Below, in pieces: positions 34,260 to 44,980 of a stretch of DNA of 64,000 nt. Within the stretch, counting starts at the first letter, position 1. Every line of letters starts with the position of its first letter. The position numbers and the translations under genes were made by a program. Origin of the DNA: a bacterium. Lineage in GTDB: Bacteria; Patescibacteriota; Minisyncoccia; Phycocordibacterales; UBA2100. The notes beneath the pieces are model-generated. The model was not told the DNA's origin and made no database searches. It worked only from the letters and a program-made list of their open reading frames with translations. The DNA lies in the NCBI GenBank assembly GCA_021781955.1, contig JAJXVV010000004.1, forward strand, positions 1,739 to 65,738, given 5' to 3'.

Positions 34260-35171
34260 TTACGCGCTCTCACCAAGGATCGTCCGCAAAAGCGCCATGC
34301 GCACGATGAGACCGTAGCCGACTTGGCGGAAGTAGACGGCGTGCGGCGAGGTGTCGACGTCGTCGGTGATCTCGCCGATGCGCGGCAGCGGGTGGATGAT
34401 GATGGCGCCGTCTTTGAGCGAATCCGCAACGCTTCGGTCGATGATGTAGCGGCCGCGCTGCTTTTCGTACTCTTCGTCGTTCTTTATCCATTCCCTGGCG
34501 ATGCGGGTCTGGTAGACGACATCTACTTCTTTGAGGGCCTCGCGCATGTCAGCCGTCTCGCTCCACTGCACGTGGTGCCGATCGAGATACTCCTTCACGT
34601 CGTCGGCCATTGAGAGTTCCGGAGACGAGACGAACGTAAGGTGCATGTCTTTGTACTTGCCGACAATGTACGCAAGCGAACGAGCCGCGCGGTAGTAACG
34701 CAGATTGCCGACGATCGCGATCGATATGCCGTCCTGTCGTCCAATCTCACGCTGGATGGTGTAGAGGTCGAGCAACGCTTGCGTGGGGTGCTGGCCCATA
34801 TTGCCGTCCCCCGCGTTGATGACCGGCACGGACGACACGGCGGCCGCGCGCGCGGCGGCGCCCGTTTCGTGGTGGCGCATGACGATGGCGTCGGCGTACT
34901 GGCTGATGACCTTGATGGAATCATCGAGCGTCTCGCCCTTTGCCTGCGAGCTCGTGCCGCCGCTCTCCATGGTGATGATGGAGCCGCCGAGGCGCGCCAT
35001 CGCCGAGGAAAAGGAGAGGCGCGTGCGCGTGGAGGGTTCATAGAAAAGCGCGGCCATGATCTTGCCGCGCAGCGATTCGTCGCGTTTGCCCTCATACGAG
35101 GAGGCGAGTTCGAAGAGGCGCTGTATCGCTTCTCGGTCGAACTGCTGTATCTCGACGAGGTGCTGCATCAC
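34260..35171 (-). CDS. pyrB: Aspartate carbamoyltransferase catalytic subunit
   Basis: STRTR, HPTQ and HPLP motifs. HPLP rather than HCLP favours ATCase over OTCase. Confidence 0.85.
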   Translation of the reverse strand: MMQHLVEIQQFDREAIQRLFELASSYEGKRDESLRGKIMAALFYEPSTRTRLSFSSAMARLGGSIITMESGGTSSQAKGETLDDSIKVISQYADAIVMRHHETGAAARAAAVSSVPVINAGDGNMGQHPTQALLDLYTIQREIGRQDGISIAIVGNLRYYRAARSLAYIVGKYKDMHLTFVSSPELSMADDVKEYLDRHHVQWSETADMREALKEVDVVYQTRIAREWIKNDEEYEKQRGRYIIDRSVADSLKDGAIIIHPLPRIGEITDDVDTSPHAVYFRQVGYGLIVRMALLRTILGESA

Positions 35172-35177
35172 AGAGCA

Positions 35178-35882
35178 CTATACCCCCTCGGCCTGATGGC
35201 GCAACGGCGCGTGGTGCGCAACTTCGCCCAGATGCGCGTGGTCGTTGTACACGCGAATGTACCAGCGCGACTCCGGCGAATCGCCCGAGAACGCGCGCAT
35301 AGCGCCGTGCGCGAGAATGGTGATGCCGGTATTGGTAGTGCGGGTCGCTTTGATGAAATGTCTGAGCTCGTCGGGCCGAAGCCCATCACCAAAAATGACC
35401 CTCGCAAGAATGGTACGCAAAAAGAGGCCGTGCGTGACGATCAGAAGCGAGCGCTCCGGCCGCGTTTCGAGGAAGCGCAGCGCCTCTCCCGCGCGGCGCT
35501 TCAGGTCGTCGAAATTCTCGCCTTCGCCAACGCGCTTGTCGGGATCGAAAAGCGTGCCCACCCACGCCTCGTACGTGGCCTCTGCCTTCGGATCGTCGCG
35601 TCGCTTCCCGACCAACTCACGCGGCATGACACGCTCTGCCATAAGCGAGCATGTCTCAAAGACGTGGCCCGTGCGTTCGGCGATGAAATGGGCGGTTTCC
35701 TGCGCGCGATGTACCGGGCTCGCGATGAGCGCGTCGAATGATAGCGCGGCGGCACGTTCGGCGATGAAGCGAGCCTGCTGTTTCCCCTTTTCCGTAAGCA
35801 CGCTTTCATCGCCCAAGAAAAGCGGCGCGTCGACGTTGGCCTCGCTTTCACCATGGCGCACGAGATAGACCGTTTTCATCAA
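35178..35882 (-). CDS. Histidine phosphatase family protein (phosphoglycerate-mutase-like)
   Basis: An RHGESEAN catalytic motif at the N-terminus and a later conserved His (VTHG). Confidence 0.75.
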   Translation of the reverse strand: MMKTVYLVRHGESEANVDAPLFLGDESVLTEKGKQQARFIAERAAALSFDALIASPVHRAQETAHFIAERTGHVFETCSLMAERVMPRELVGKRRDDPKAEATYEAWVGTLFDPDKRVGEGENFDDLKRRAGEALRFLETRPERSLLIVTHGLFLRTILARVIFGDGLRPDELRHFIKATRTTNTGITILAHGAMRAFSGDSPESRWYIRVYNDHAHLGEVAHHAPLRHQAEGV

Positions 35883-35888
35883 CGTATC

Positions 35889-37127
35889 TTACAGCACGAA
35901 CTTGCCGTCCTTGTAGATGACCTTGGCCGAACCATCCTTCAGGTGCGCGGTCACCGTGCGGCGCGTGGTCGATATCATATCGGTGTGCACCGATGAGTCG
36001 TTGAATCCGAGGCGCTTCGCCTCCGCGTCGGTGAGTTTGGAGACGTCGCCCGCGTACGTGTCGCGATAGCTCATGCCGACTGCCAAGTGCGTGTTGCCGT
36101 ACGGGCCGCCCATGTTCTCGTCAAAGAGCGTTTCCGCCATGAACTTCGTGATACGCGAGTGGCGGCTGTCCGTGAGCGAGTATTCGCCTATTTTGTTGGC
36201 GCCCTCGGTCGCGATCATCTCCTTGAGCAGGTGTTCATTGGTCTTTGCCGACGCTTTCACGACGATGCCGTCCTTGAACTGGAGCTCGATGCCGGTGATT
36301 TTGTTGCTGTAGCGGTAAAGCGGCTGGTTGAAGCGTATCCAGCCATTGGTGCCACGCCAGTCCGGCGAGGTGAATATCTCGAAACTCGGGATGTTGCGCC
36401 CCGATCCGGCGTGCCACGAACGTTTCTCGCCGAGCGTGTACCACATGTCCATGTCGGGACCGACCGCATGCAGCTTGTCTATCATGGGCGAGAGCTTGTT
36501 GAGGCGGCTGCGGTATTTCTCGATGTCGCGGTAGACCTGTTTCCATTTCGCGATGGGATTCTTTTCGTCGAGGAAGCATGCCTTGATGATCTGGCCCCAA
36601 TACGCCTTTTCCGACAGGCCTGCCTCCTTGGCCATCGCGGGCGTACCGTAGAGCGCGATGGTCCAGGTGAATCTTCCCTGCCACTCTTTCTTGTTGAGCA
36701 TGTCCTTGAAGGGCTTCAGCGCTTTGCCGCGCAGCATGATTTTTCTTGGTTGCACGCCTTGCAGCGCGTGCGGATCGGCCTCAGCCAGAATGAAGATGGA
36801 GTGGTCGATCTGATCCGCCAAACCCGTGAGATATTTCTTCGGAAAAAAGTCCACCTGCTCGTCCGAAGCGTGCTCATAGAAATAACGAGAGACCGAGATG
36901 TTGCGGCGTTTGTCGCCGTGCTCGTCGTCGGGGCCGTAGTTGGATATGACGTGGCCGCCCGCATCGACGATCGCATTGCATACCGCGATGAAGAGTGGCT
37001 TCGCGCTCTCACTCGAAGACACTCGTACGACATCGCCCTTCTTGATCCCCTTCCCGCCGCCGAGCGCGAAATTGACGAGCACATCGGCGTATTTTTCTAA
37101 TAGCTGCTGGCTCGGTGTGTATGACAT
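35889..37127 (-). CDS. Aminopeptidase (M29 / AmpS-PepS-like)
   Basis: About 412 aa from MSYTPSQQLLEKYADVLVNFAL, which is a typical AmpS start. M29-like metal-binding His/Glu/Asp positions are present. The family call is from memory. Confidence 0.65.
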   Translation of the reverse strand: MSYTPSQQLLEKYADVLVNFALGGGKGIKKGDVVRVSSSESAKPLFIAVCNAIVDAGGHVISNYGPDDEHGDKRRNISVSRYFYEHASDEQVDFFPKKYLTGLADQIDHSIFILAEADPHALQGVQPRKIMLRGKALKPFKDMLNKKEWQGRFTWTIALYGTPAMAKEAGLSEKAYWGQIIKACFLDEKNPIAKWKQVYRDIEKYRSRLNKLSPMIDKLHAVGPDMDMWYTLGEKRSWHAGSGRNIPSFEIFTSPDWRGTNGWIRFNQPLYRYSNKITGIELQFKDGIVVKASAKTNEHLLKEMIATEGANKIGEYSLTDSRHSRITKFMAETLFDENMGGPYGNTHLAVGMSYRDTYAGDVSKLTDAEAKRLGFNDSSVHTDMISTTRRTVTAHLKDGSAKVIYKDGKFVL

Positions 37128-37164
37128 TTCGATAGAGTACTCGACAGAAAGGGAGTCGTCCAGC

Positions 37165-37192
37165 GAAAAACCCCGCCTCGTGGCGGGGTTTT
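37165..37192. terminator. Intrinsic terminator (AAAAACCCCGCC-tcgt-GGCGGGGTTTTT) after the secreted Ala-rich protein gene
   Basis: A perfect 8-bp GC stem flanked by an A-tract and a T-tract, so it could act in both directions. Read directly. Confidence 0.55.
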
Positions 37193-37212
37193 TGTGCGAT
37201 ACGACGGAATGA

Positions 37213-38025
37213 CTATTGCCGCCCCGGCGCGGTCGAGCTGGCGGAAGCGTTCGCACTCGCGTCGAAGGAGAGAAGTTCCTTCACGATGGCGTGGGCGTCC
37301 TGGCGGGCCGCCTGGACATCCTTCATCGCGGCCTGGAGCTTTGTGCGGGCGTCCTTGATGGCGGCGTTGTTGGCCTGCATCTTGGCCTGATCGCCATTGT
37401 CGGGTGTCAGGTTTGCGGCCTCATGTACCGCAGACGAGGTTTGCGTATTCGCGTCCGCGATCTTCGCGTTCATGTCAGTGAGCGACGCGGAGAGTGCCGT
37501 CGTGTTGTGGCCGGCGGTCTGCGCATCGGAGATGCGCGCCTGCAGCTTGCCCGCGAGCGTCGCGATCGAGGCCGCCGCAGTTTGTATCTTATCGGCAGCA
37601 ATCTCGATGCGCGCTTGCGGTATGACGAGAATGAAGACGCGGTACGAACTCACGATGGATTTACTATCGGTCCTGAGCGCCGTAAAACTGGTCTCGGCAT
37701 CGATCTTCGCCTTGAGCGATGCGAGATCGGAGACCTGTGTCGAGATGGCGGACGTAATGGCCGATACCTCTTGCGCGGAAAGCTTCGTCATCGCCTGCAC
37801 TTTCGTGCTCAAATCATTGAGCATGGTCGTGCGGCGATCGATCTCTTGGTCGGCTCGGTTCTTCGCGTTGGTAATGCGTGCGTCAGCATGCGCCGACACC
37901 GAGGTGCTCGCTCCGCTCGCGGAAGCGTTCAATGTCGCGCCCACGCCCTGCGCGAAAGCAGGAACGGCAGCGAAGAGCAGTACTGAGCCGCTCAGCGCGG
38001 CGATAAGTTTATTGGTGAGATTCAT
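37213..38025 (-). CDS. Secreted Ala/Ser/Thr-rich helical protein (signal peptide plus coiled-coil)
   Basis: N-terminal signal peptide (LFAAVPAFAQG) followed by low-complexity helical repeats. Confidence 0.55.
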   Translation of the reverse strand: MNLTNKLIAALSGSVLLFAAVPAFAQGVGATLNASASGASTSVSAHADARITNAKNRADQEIDRRTTMLNDLSTKVQAMTKLSAQEVSAITSAISTQVSDLASLKAKIDAETSFTALRTDSKSIVSSYRVFILVIPQARIEIAADKIQTAAASIATLAGKLQARISDAQTAGHNTTALSASLTDMNAKIADANTQTSSAVHEAANLTPDNGDQAKMQANNAAIKDARTKLQAAMKDVQAARQDAHAIVKELLSFDASANASASSTAPGRQ

Positions 38026-38037
38026 ATGCTATGCGGA

Positions 38038-38328
38038 TTACTGGACCTGCTGCACCGGCGTATCGCTGAAGCTCGAAGCGGACGCGTTCGCGTCGCTTGC
38101 GGCCTGCGTCTGCGAATCGACGGTGTTGAGGTCGGCTTGTAATTGAGCGTCCGAGGTGCCGGACGAAGCGCTCACGCCACCTTGCGACGTTCCCTGCGCG
38201 GCGGGCTGCGTCGCGGCCGGAGCCGTTGCGGGCACGGTCGCCGGAGCGGACGAGCCGGACATAAAATACCACCATGCGCCAGCGGCCACGACCAGCACGA
38301 GCACGACCCATGTAATGATTTTCCCCAT
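38038..38328 (-). CDS. Small membrane-anchored or secreted Pro/Ala/Thr/Gln-rich protein (96 aa)
   Basis: MGKIITWVVLVLVVAAGAWWYF anchor followed by a disordered tail. Only the last 96 codons of the 253-codon ORF are credible. Confidence 0.45.
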   Translation of the reverse strand: MGKIITWVVLVLVVAAGAWWYFMSGSSAPATVPATAPAATQPAAQGTSQGGVSASSGTSDAQLQADLNTVDSQTQAASDANASASSFSDTPVQQVQ

Positions 38329-38440
38329 ATGGTTATACGAGTACGATATACGTATGATTTGTAATGCCTTTGTGGGCAACCCCACGGAGTATGGTAGCCT
38401 CCCCGGGTCATTTTGCAACGACGGATGGTGGGTATCATTC

Positions 38441-39910
38441 TTACACCCGCCGCACCTCCTTCGCCCGCACGTCAATGTCGATCGGATACGCGCCCGTGAA
38501 GCATGACGTGCATAGCTCGTCTTCGCGAAGGCCAGTAGCGCGCAACATGCCTTCATATGAAAGGAAGTGCAGCGATGTCGCGCCGAGGTATGCCCGCATC
38601 TGCGGAACCGTTTTATTTGCAGCAATGAGGTCGGCTTGTTTCGGCGTGTCGATGCCGTAAAAATCGGGATATTTGACCGGCGGCGAAGCCACGAGGAAAT
38701 GCACCTCGGTCGCGCCCGCTTCATAGAGCATCTGCACGATCTGCCGCGACGTAGTGCCGCGCACGATGGAGTCGTCGAACACGGCCACGCGCTTGCCACG
38801 TACCATTTCCGGTATCGGCGTCAATTTCGCTCTCACACCCTGTTCGCGCACGTGTTGCTCCGGCGTAATGAAGGTACGATGGATGTAGCGGTTCTTCGTG
38901 AGCGCCATATGAAGCGGAATGTGCAACTGCTCGGCATACCCTATGGCCGCCGGTATGGCGGTCTCCGGCACCGGCACGACGACGTCGGCCTCGAGCGGAT
39001 ACTCCTTGGCGAGCTCGATGCCGAAGTTGCGGCGCACTTCGTAGACGGAACGGCCGAGCAAGTGGCTGTCGGGACGCGCGAAATAGATGAACTCGAAGAC
39101 GTCGAACTTGGGGTCCGGCTGCGCGAGCTGCTCGCTGCTGATGCCGCGTTCGTCGATGATGAGCATCTCGCCGGGCGCGATATCCCGCTCAAAAGCGGCG
39201 CCGATCGGCCCGAGCGCGCAAGTCTCCGAGGCAACGACATATCCTCCATCGAGCTTCCCGAGCGACAGCGGCCGTATCCCGCAGCGATCGCGTATCGCGA
39301 CAAGTTGATCGCGCGACATGATGAGGATGGAAAAAGCGCCCGTCATGAGCGGATAGATCGTCTTTACCGCATCGGTGAATCCCGCACCTTCGCGCATCTT
39401 CGCTGCGATCGCCTCGACTATCATCCGCGAGTCGGAAAATTCGGTCGTATCGATGCCCTGCTTCGAAAGGTATGCGGCCAGCGCGTCGGTCGTCGGGAGA
39501 TTGCCGTTGTGCGCGAGCGCGATCGCGCCGTCGTCCGGTCCGGAGCACAGCGATACGGAATCGTTGAGGCTCGGGTGCGGATCGTCATAGGAAACGTTCT
39601 GCACGGCCGTCGAGCCTGCGGCGAGCATGGGTTGCGCGTGCTTGAGCTTGGTGCCGCCGGTCGTCGAGTAGCGGTTGTGGCCTACCGCGATACCGCCTTT
39701 GAGCGCGCTCAAGAGCTCGTCATTGAACACTTGCGACACGAGCCCCATGCCTTTATGGACGGTGAGCACGTCACCGTTTGAGGCGGCAATGCCGGAGCTT
39801 TCCTGGCCGCGATGCTGGAGCGCGAAGAGTCCGAAAAAGGCGAGCCGCGCGACATCGAGGCCTTTTCCGTAGACCCCGAATACCGCGCATTTCTCGCCAA
39901 GACTGCGCAT
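38441..39910 (-). CDS. purF: Amidophosphoribosyltransferase with a short propeptide
   Basis: MRSLGEKCAVFGVYG (catalytic Cys follows a propeptide, as in B. subtilis PurF), a PRTase motif and Fe-S cluster Cys residues near the C-terminus. Confidence 0.9.
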   Translation of the reverse strand: MRSLGEKCAVFGVYGKGLDVARLAFFGLFALQHRGQESSGIAASNGDVLTVHKGMGLVSQVFNDELLSALKGGIAVGHNRYSTTGGTKLKHAQPMLAAGSTAVQNVSYDDPHPSLNDSVSLCSGPDDGAIALAHNGNLPTTDALAAYLSKQGIDTTEFSDSRMIVEAIAAKMREGAGFTDAVKTIYPLMTGAFSILIMSRDQLVAIRDRCGIRPLSLGKLDGGYVVASETCALGPIGAAFERDIAPGEMLIIDERGISSEQLAQPDPKFDVFEFIYFARPDSHLLGRSVYEVRRNFGIELAKEYPLEADVVVPVPETAIPAAIGYAEQLHIPLHMALTKNRYIHRTFITPEQHVREQGVRAKLTPIPEMVRGKRVAVFDDSIVRGTTSRQIVQMLYEAGATEVHFLVASPPVKYPDFYGIDTPKQADLIAANKTVPQMRAYLGATSLHFLSYEGMLRATGLREDELCTSCFTGAYPIDIDVRAKEVRRV

Positions 39911-39948
39911 ACTAGATGAGCATTGTAGCAGGGAAATCCCTCGATCAC

Positions 39949-39971
39949 AGGGGCTTGCCCCCAGAGGACCG
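39949..39971. repeat. Palindrome copy 2 of 3 (CCCCAGAGGACCGTCCTCTGGGG), intergenic
   Basis: The same 18-bp core with a C at the centre, extended by CC/GG to a 23-bp near-perfect palindrome. It lies 40-60 nt upstream of the purF start and just downstream of the gpmA stop. Confidence 0.8.
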
Positions 39972-40010
39972 TCCTCTGGGGAAAGTTGGGGATAAGGGCT
40001 TGCACTGATG

Positions 40011-40637
40011 CTAGACCTTCTTTGCGTTGACCGCGCGGACCTCTTTGCCATGCATCGAGCCGTCGGGATCGATAGAGTAGACGTGCGCCTCGCCCGTGCC
40101 GAGCTCGAGCTCGGCAACCCTGTCGTCGGGGACACGCTCAAGGTACTTCACGAGCGAACGCAATGAATTGCCGTGGGCGACGACGAGCACGTTGCGACCC
40201 GATTCAAGCACCGGCAGGATGTGCTCGGTGTAGTACGGCACGACGCGCTCATACACATTTTTGAGCGATTCACCTTCCGGTATCGGCACATCCCACCCGC
40301 GGCGCAGCTCCTGGAACTTCTCCTCGCCGAGCGTCTCTTTCATCTGCCATTTGTTCCTGCCGGCGTAGATGCCGTAGTCGCGTTCGTTGAGCGCAGCGCT
40401 CGCGATGGGTTCGAGGTCGTTGCGCCCTATCGCATCACGCATCGCGTCGAAGGTCTGCCGAGTGCGCTTGAGCGCGGAAACATACGCGACATCGACGTGA
40501 ATGTCTTTGATCGCTTTGCCGGCTTTGCGCGCCTCCTCGACACCTTCCGGCGCGAGGTCGACATCGGTGAGGCCCGTCCATTGCCCGAGCGCGTTCCACA
40601 CCGAAGTGCCGTGGCGGACCAACACGAGATACGCCAT
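40011..40637 (-). CDS. gpmA: 2,3-bisphosphoglycerate-dependent phosphoglycerate mutase
   Basis: LVRHGTSVWN with the catalytic His, and a later VVAHGNSLR motif. Confidence 0.85.
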   Translation of the reverse strand: MAYLVLVRHGTSVWNALGQWTGLTDVDLAPEGVEEARKAGKAIKDIHVDVAYVSALKRTRQTFDAMRDAIGRNDLEPIASAALNERDYGIYAGRNKWQMKETLGEEKFQELRRGWDVPIPEGESLKNVYERVVPYYTEHILPVLESGRNVLVVAHGNSLRSLVKYLERVPDDRVAELELGTGEAHVYSIDPDGSMHGKEVRAVNAKKV

Positions 40638-40640
40638 ACG

Positions 40641-41951
<1,311 letters not shown>

Positions 41952-41961
41952 CTATGGGCCA

Positions 41962-43269
41962 TCAGGCGCGCTCTTCCGGATCCTTCCAGAGGTACGGCGC
42001 AATGCGCAAGAATTCCGGGATGCGATTCAGGTACGGAATGTACGGAAATGCGATGAAAAGTAATAGTACGGCAGCGAACGTCTCCGCAGCGATACGGTCG
42101 CCGTTGGGATTGTCGGGAAGGTCGAAGGTCTGGTTGAGAATGCCGAGCGGCAAGAACCACCATGAGCCGGGCGGCAGCGTCAGTCCGCCGTTCTCGTCGC
42201 GCGCCATGCCCATCTGCGCGGTGCTGAAACCGAGCGTGCCCGCCTTGTCCTCAAGCACCCCCATGTCGTTGAGGAAACGGAGACTGTACGTATCGGGTGC
42301 GGGGTCTTCGGCATCGAGCGTCGCCTCGTAGGCGCCACTCTGGATCGAGGGCACGAGCGCGGCGATCATATCGGCCGAGGTCGTCGCCGGACCTCCAACG
42401 AGCGCGTAGTACGGCTTCAGCACGAATACCGAACGAGTATCGAACGTGTACGGATCGATGGAATCGAGGTAGGTCGCGGTGTCGGAGGTATGATCGTACT
42501 CCTGCTGCAAGGTGTCGGAGACGAGCGATGCGTTCTGTTGCATCTCGCCGGCGATGGTCGTTGCGGGCACGTAAGGCGAGTGGAAGAAGAACGCAAGGAT
42601 GAGCACGGCGACCGCGAGCACGCCGCCGCGTATGAACATGATGCGGTGATCGGCCGGGACCATGCGCACTTTGATGTCGTCGCGGTAGGGTTTCGAGATA
42701 CCGTACGTTTTGATGAGGATGAAGTGCAGGAGGAACAGCGCAAGAATGGCGAGCGGGATCATCACGATGTGGATGGCGAACTCTTGGAATCGGCTGAGCG
42801 GGTTGATGAGATAGCCCAAATACGCGCCGTTCCAAAAGTCGGCGCCCGAGACCGCGCGGAATTGCGAGGAGAAATCACCGCGCAAGCCGTAGCCAAATTC
42901 GGTCTGGAACATCGAGAGCGAGAGAATGAGCGCACCGAACACCCACACCATGCGTCGCGGCGGCTTGAACGCGCTCGTCGTAAAACCGACCAGCATGTGG
43001 ATGATGAGGAGCGCGATAAAGGCCTGCACGCTCCAGAGGTGCACGCTGCGCGCATAAACGCCGAGCGCGGTATGCAGCCACCACTGCTGCCCCATAAACG
43101 CGAGGATGGCGCCAGAGACGACGAGGAGCGAGAGTGCGGTCAGCGTGAGGAAACCGAGTCCGTAGAATATCCGATTGGCGTACGAGGGAAGCTTGTGGAT
43201 GTAGATCGCGTCACGCAGCGTCGCGAACGCATTCGTCTTCGGCCCGTACTCCTGCGGCGTATCGTCCAT
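41962..43269 (-). CDS. Cytochrome b6-like membrane protein with a ~200-aa C-terminal extension
   Basis: The N-terminal 230 aa align with PetB/cytochrome b6. They carry two His pairs spaced 14 and 15 residues apart in TM helices (RSVHLWSVQAFIALLIIH; AIHIVMIPLAILALFLLH). No Rieske, cytochrome c or subunit IV gene is adjacent. Confidence 0.65.
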   Translation of the reverse strand: MDDTPQEYGPKTNAFATLRDAIYIHKLPSYANRIFYGLGFLTLTALSLLVVSGAILAFMGQQWWLHTALGVYARSVHLWSVQAFIALLIIHMLVGFTTSAFKPPRRMVWVFGALILSLSMFQTEFGYGLRGDFSSQFRAVSGADFWNGAYLGYLINPLSRFQEFAIHIVMIPLAILALFLLHFILIKTYGISKPYRDDIKVRMVPADHRIMFIRGGVLAVAVLILAFFFHSPYVPATTIAGEMQQNASLVSDTLQQEYDHTSDTATYLDSIDPYTFDTRSVFVLKPYYALVGGPATTSADMIAALVPSIQSGAYEATLDAEDPAPDTYSLRFLNDMGVLEDKAGTLGFSTAQMGMARDENGGLTLPPGSWWFLPLGILNQTFDLPDNPNGDRIAAETFAAVLLLFIAFPYIPYLNRIPEFLRIAPYLWKDPEERA

Positions 43270-43319
43270 AACTCGTTCCCTATAGTGTACACCAGTATGA
43301 CGCGAGCGCCCGTGCGATG

Positions 43320-44036
43320 TTATCGACCGATCGCAGACGCCATGTCCTCCGCCAAGGGGGCACTGAAGGCATAGCGGCGTCCGTCGATCTCAAAAGCGAT
43401 CTCGAGCGCATGTAATGCGGGTCGCGTGATACCTGCCAGCGGTCCTTTGCCTTCCGCGTACAGATGATCGGCGACGATCGGATGGCCGATGGAGGCGAGA
43501 TGCACGCGCAGCTGATGCGTGCGGCCGGTCTTCGGTTCCAGCTCAAGGTACGACACCTGCTCTCCCTCGGGCGAGGTCAAGCGCGAGAGCAGCCGCCAGT
43601 GAGTAATCGCCGCGCGCTTGTCGTGCGCGCGCGATGGTTTCGCGCACCACCGCTTCGGCGCAACGCCGGTACGCGCGATCTCCGCAACGATGACGCCGTG
43701 ATCTTTTGGTACGTGTCCGTACACGAGCGCCCGGTACCGCTTCTCGACCCGCCGCTCTTTGAACGCCTGCTTGAGCATCGCGAACGCCGCATCGTGTTTC
43801 GCGGCCACGATGATGCCGCTCGTCGTGCGATCGAGCCGATGGACGAGCCCGCACACGCGCACGCGCTCGCCCTGCGGCGATATCCATGGCTCACCAACGG
43901 AGGTCATCGTCGGAAAATGCTCCGCTATCCATTCGGCGAGCGACGGCTCTTCGGTACGGCCATCGCGATGTGTGATGAGCCCGGCCGGCTTGTCGATCGC
44001 GAGCAAATCGGGCGTCTCTGCTACGACCCTAGGCAT
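43320..44036 (-). CDS. RluA-family pseudouridine synthase
   Basis: Catalytic motif HRLDRTTSG. An alternative start at 44078 would give a longer overlap with the nudix gene. Confidence 0.8.
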   Translation of the reverse strand: MPRVVAETPDLLAIDKPAGLITHRDGRTEEPSLAEWIAEHFPTMTSVGEPWISPQGERVRVCGLVHRLDRTTSGIIVAAKHDAAFAMLKQAFKERRVEKRYRALVYGHVPKDHGVIVAEIARTGVAPKRWCAKPSRAHDKRAAITHWRLLSRLTSPEGEQVSYLELEPKTGRTHQLRVHLASIGHPIVADHLYAEGKGPLAGITRPALHALEIAFEIDGRRYAFSAPLAEDMASAIGR

Positions 44037-44485
44037 GCCGAAAGCTTGTCCTTGTACAGCGTGTAAAAGGTCGGCCACTGCGAGTGCATCGGCGACGGCA
44101 GCGCATCGAGCTTGAACCAGCGCACGTCGTCGAGCTTGTGCGGCTCGCCGTTCTTGACCTTCGCGCGATCGACGAGCACCTTGAAATCGAGTGTGATCCA
44201 GTGCGTCAGATTGCCTGCGTGCTCGCGATGCACGTCGCGATAGCCGAGGAACTCAACATCGAGCACCTCGGTGCAGTACTCTTCGGCGATCTCCTTGCGC
44301 AGCGTCTCTTCGACCGTGTCGCCCAGCTCTATCCTGCCGCCGCCCGGATCCCACGTGCCGTGCTCGTCGCGCGAGTTGACCGAGCGTTTCGAGAATAAAA
44401 AATCGCCCGCACCATCGTGACAGGCGAAAACGACCGCATTGCCGATGAAGTCCTCACCTTCCCGCAGCGCGGCGCTCATGCGCAT
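44021..44485 (-). CDS. NUDIX hydrolase
   Basis: Nudix box GGGRIELGDTVEETLRKEIAEE. Confidence 0.8.
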   Translation of the reverse strand: MRMSAALREGEDFIGNAVVFACHDGAGDFLFSKRSVNSRDEHGTWDPGGGRIELGDTVEETLRKEIAEEYCTEVLDVEFLGYRDVHREHAGNLTHWITLDFKVLVDRAKVKNGEPHKLDDVRWFKLDALPSPMHSQWPTFYTLYKDKLSACLGS

Positions 44486-44605
44486 CTAATATCCTTTCTT
44501 TGCGTGGCGCGCGGCAAGCATCGTCGCCTTTGCGGCAAGCCGCTTCGCGGTCTTGCGCGAACGAGACTTTTTGCGGCGGATGTCCACGTATGGTCGTTTT
44601 GCCAT
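44486..44605 (-). CDS. Small highly basic protein (39 aa), possibly ribosomal-like
   Basis: The sequence is MAKRPYVDIRRKKSRSRKTAKRLAAKATMLAARHAKKGY. I could not place it in a specific ribosomal family from memory. Confidence 0.3.
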   Translation of the reverse strand: MAKRPYVDIRRKKSRSRKTAKRLAAKATMLAARHAKKGY

Positions 44606-44670
44606 GTCGCGAGTATACACTACTCTCGCGCCGCGCGCACGAGCCAAAAATCGGCGGGAAGAAGCACGCG

Positions 44671-44937
44671 TTACGCTTTGCCAGTCCGCGCGCGATGCGT
44701 GCAGCCCGCCCAGCAGCACGGGCGGCGCATGCCTGAAGTCATTTTTGAGATACCTACCTTGATACGGCGTTCCCGCGTCTCGTCTTTTTTTGCGTCCTCG
44801 ACCCAGCAGATCCACTCGTTGCGGGAGAGCGGCGTGAGGTCTTCCCACAGTGCGCGCACTTTTGGCTTGGAGAGAATAGCCGTCCGGAAGTCCGACGGCA
44901 TCTTATGCACGACCCCGCCTGGAATGGTCTTGGTCAT
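44671..44937 (-). CDS. YdeI/OmdA-like (DUF1801-type) small protein
   Basis: PSDFRTAILSKPKVRALWEDLTPLSRNEWICWVEDAKKDETRERRI resembles the YdeI/OmpD-associated family. Confidence 0.5.
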   Translation of the reverse strand: MTKTIPGGVVHKMPSDFRTAILSKPKVRALWEDLTPLSRNEWICWVEDAKKDETRERRIKVGISKMTSGMRRPCCWAGCTHRARTGKA

Positions 44938-44980
44938 GATCATACATGGTAGCAAAATGCACCCCGTTACGGTAGAGCGG

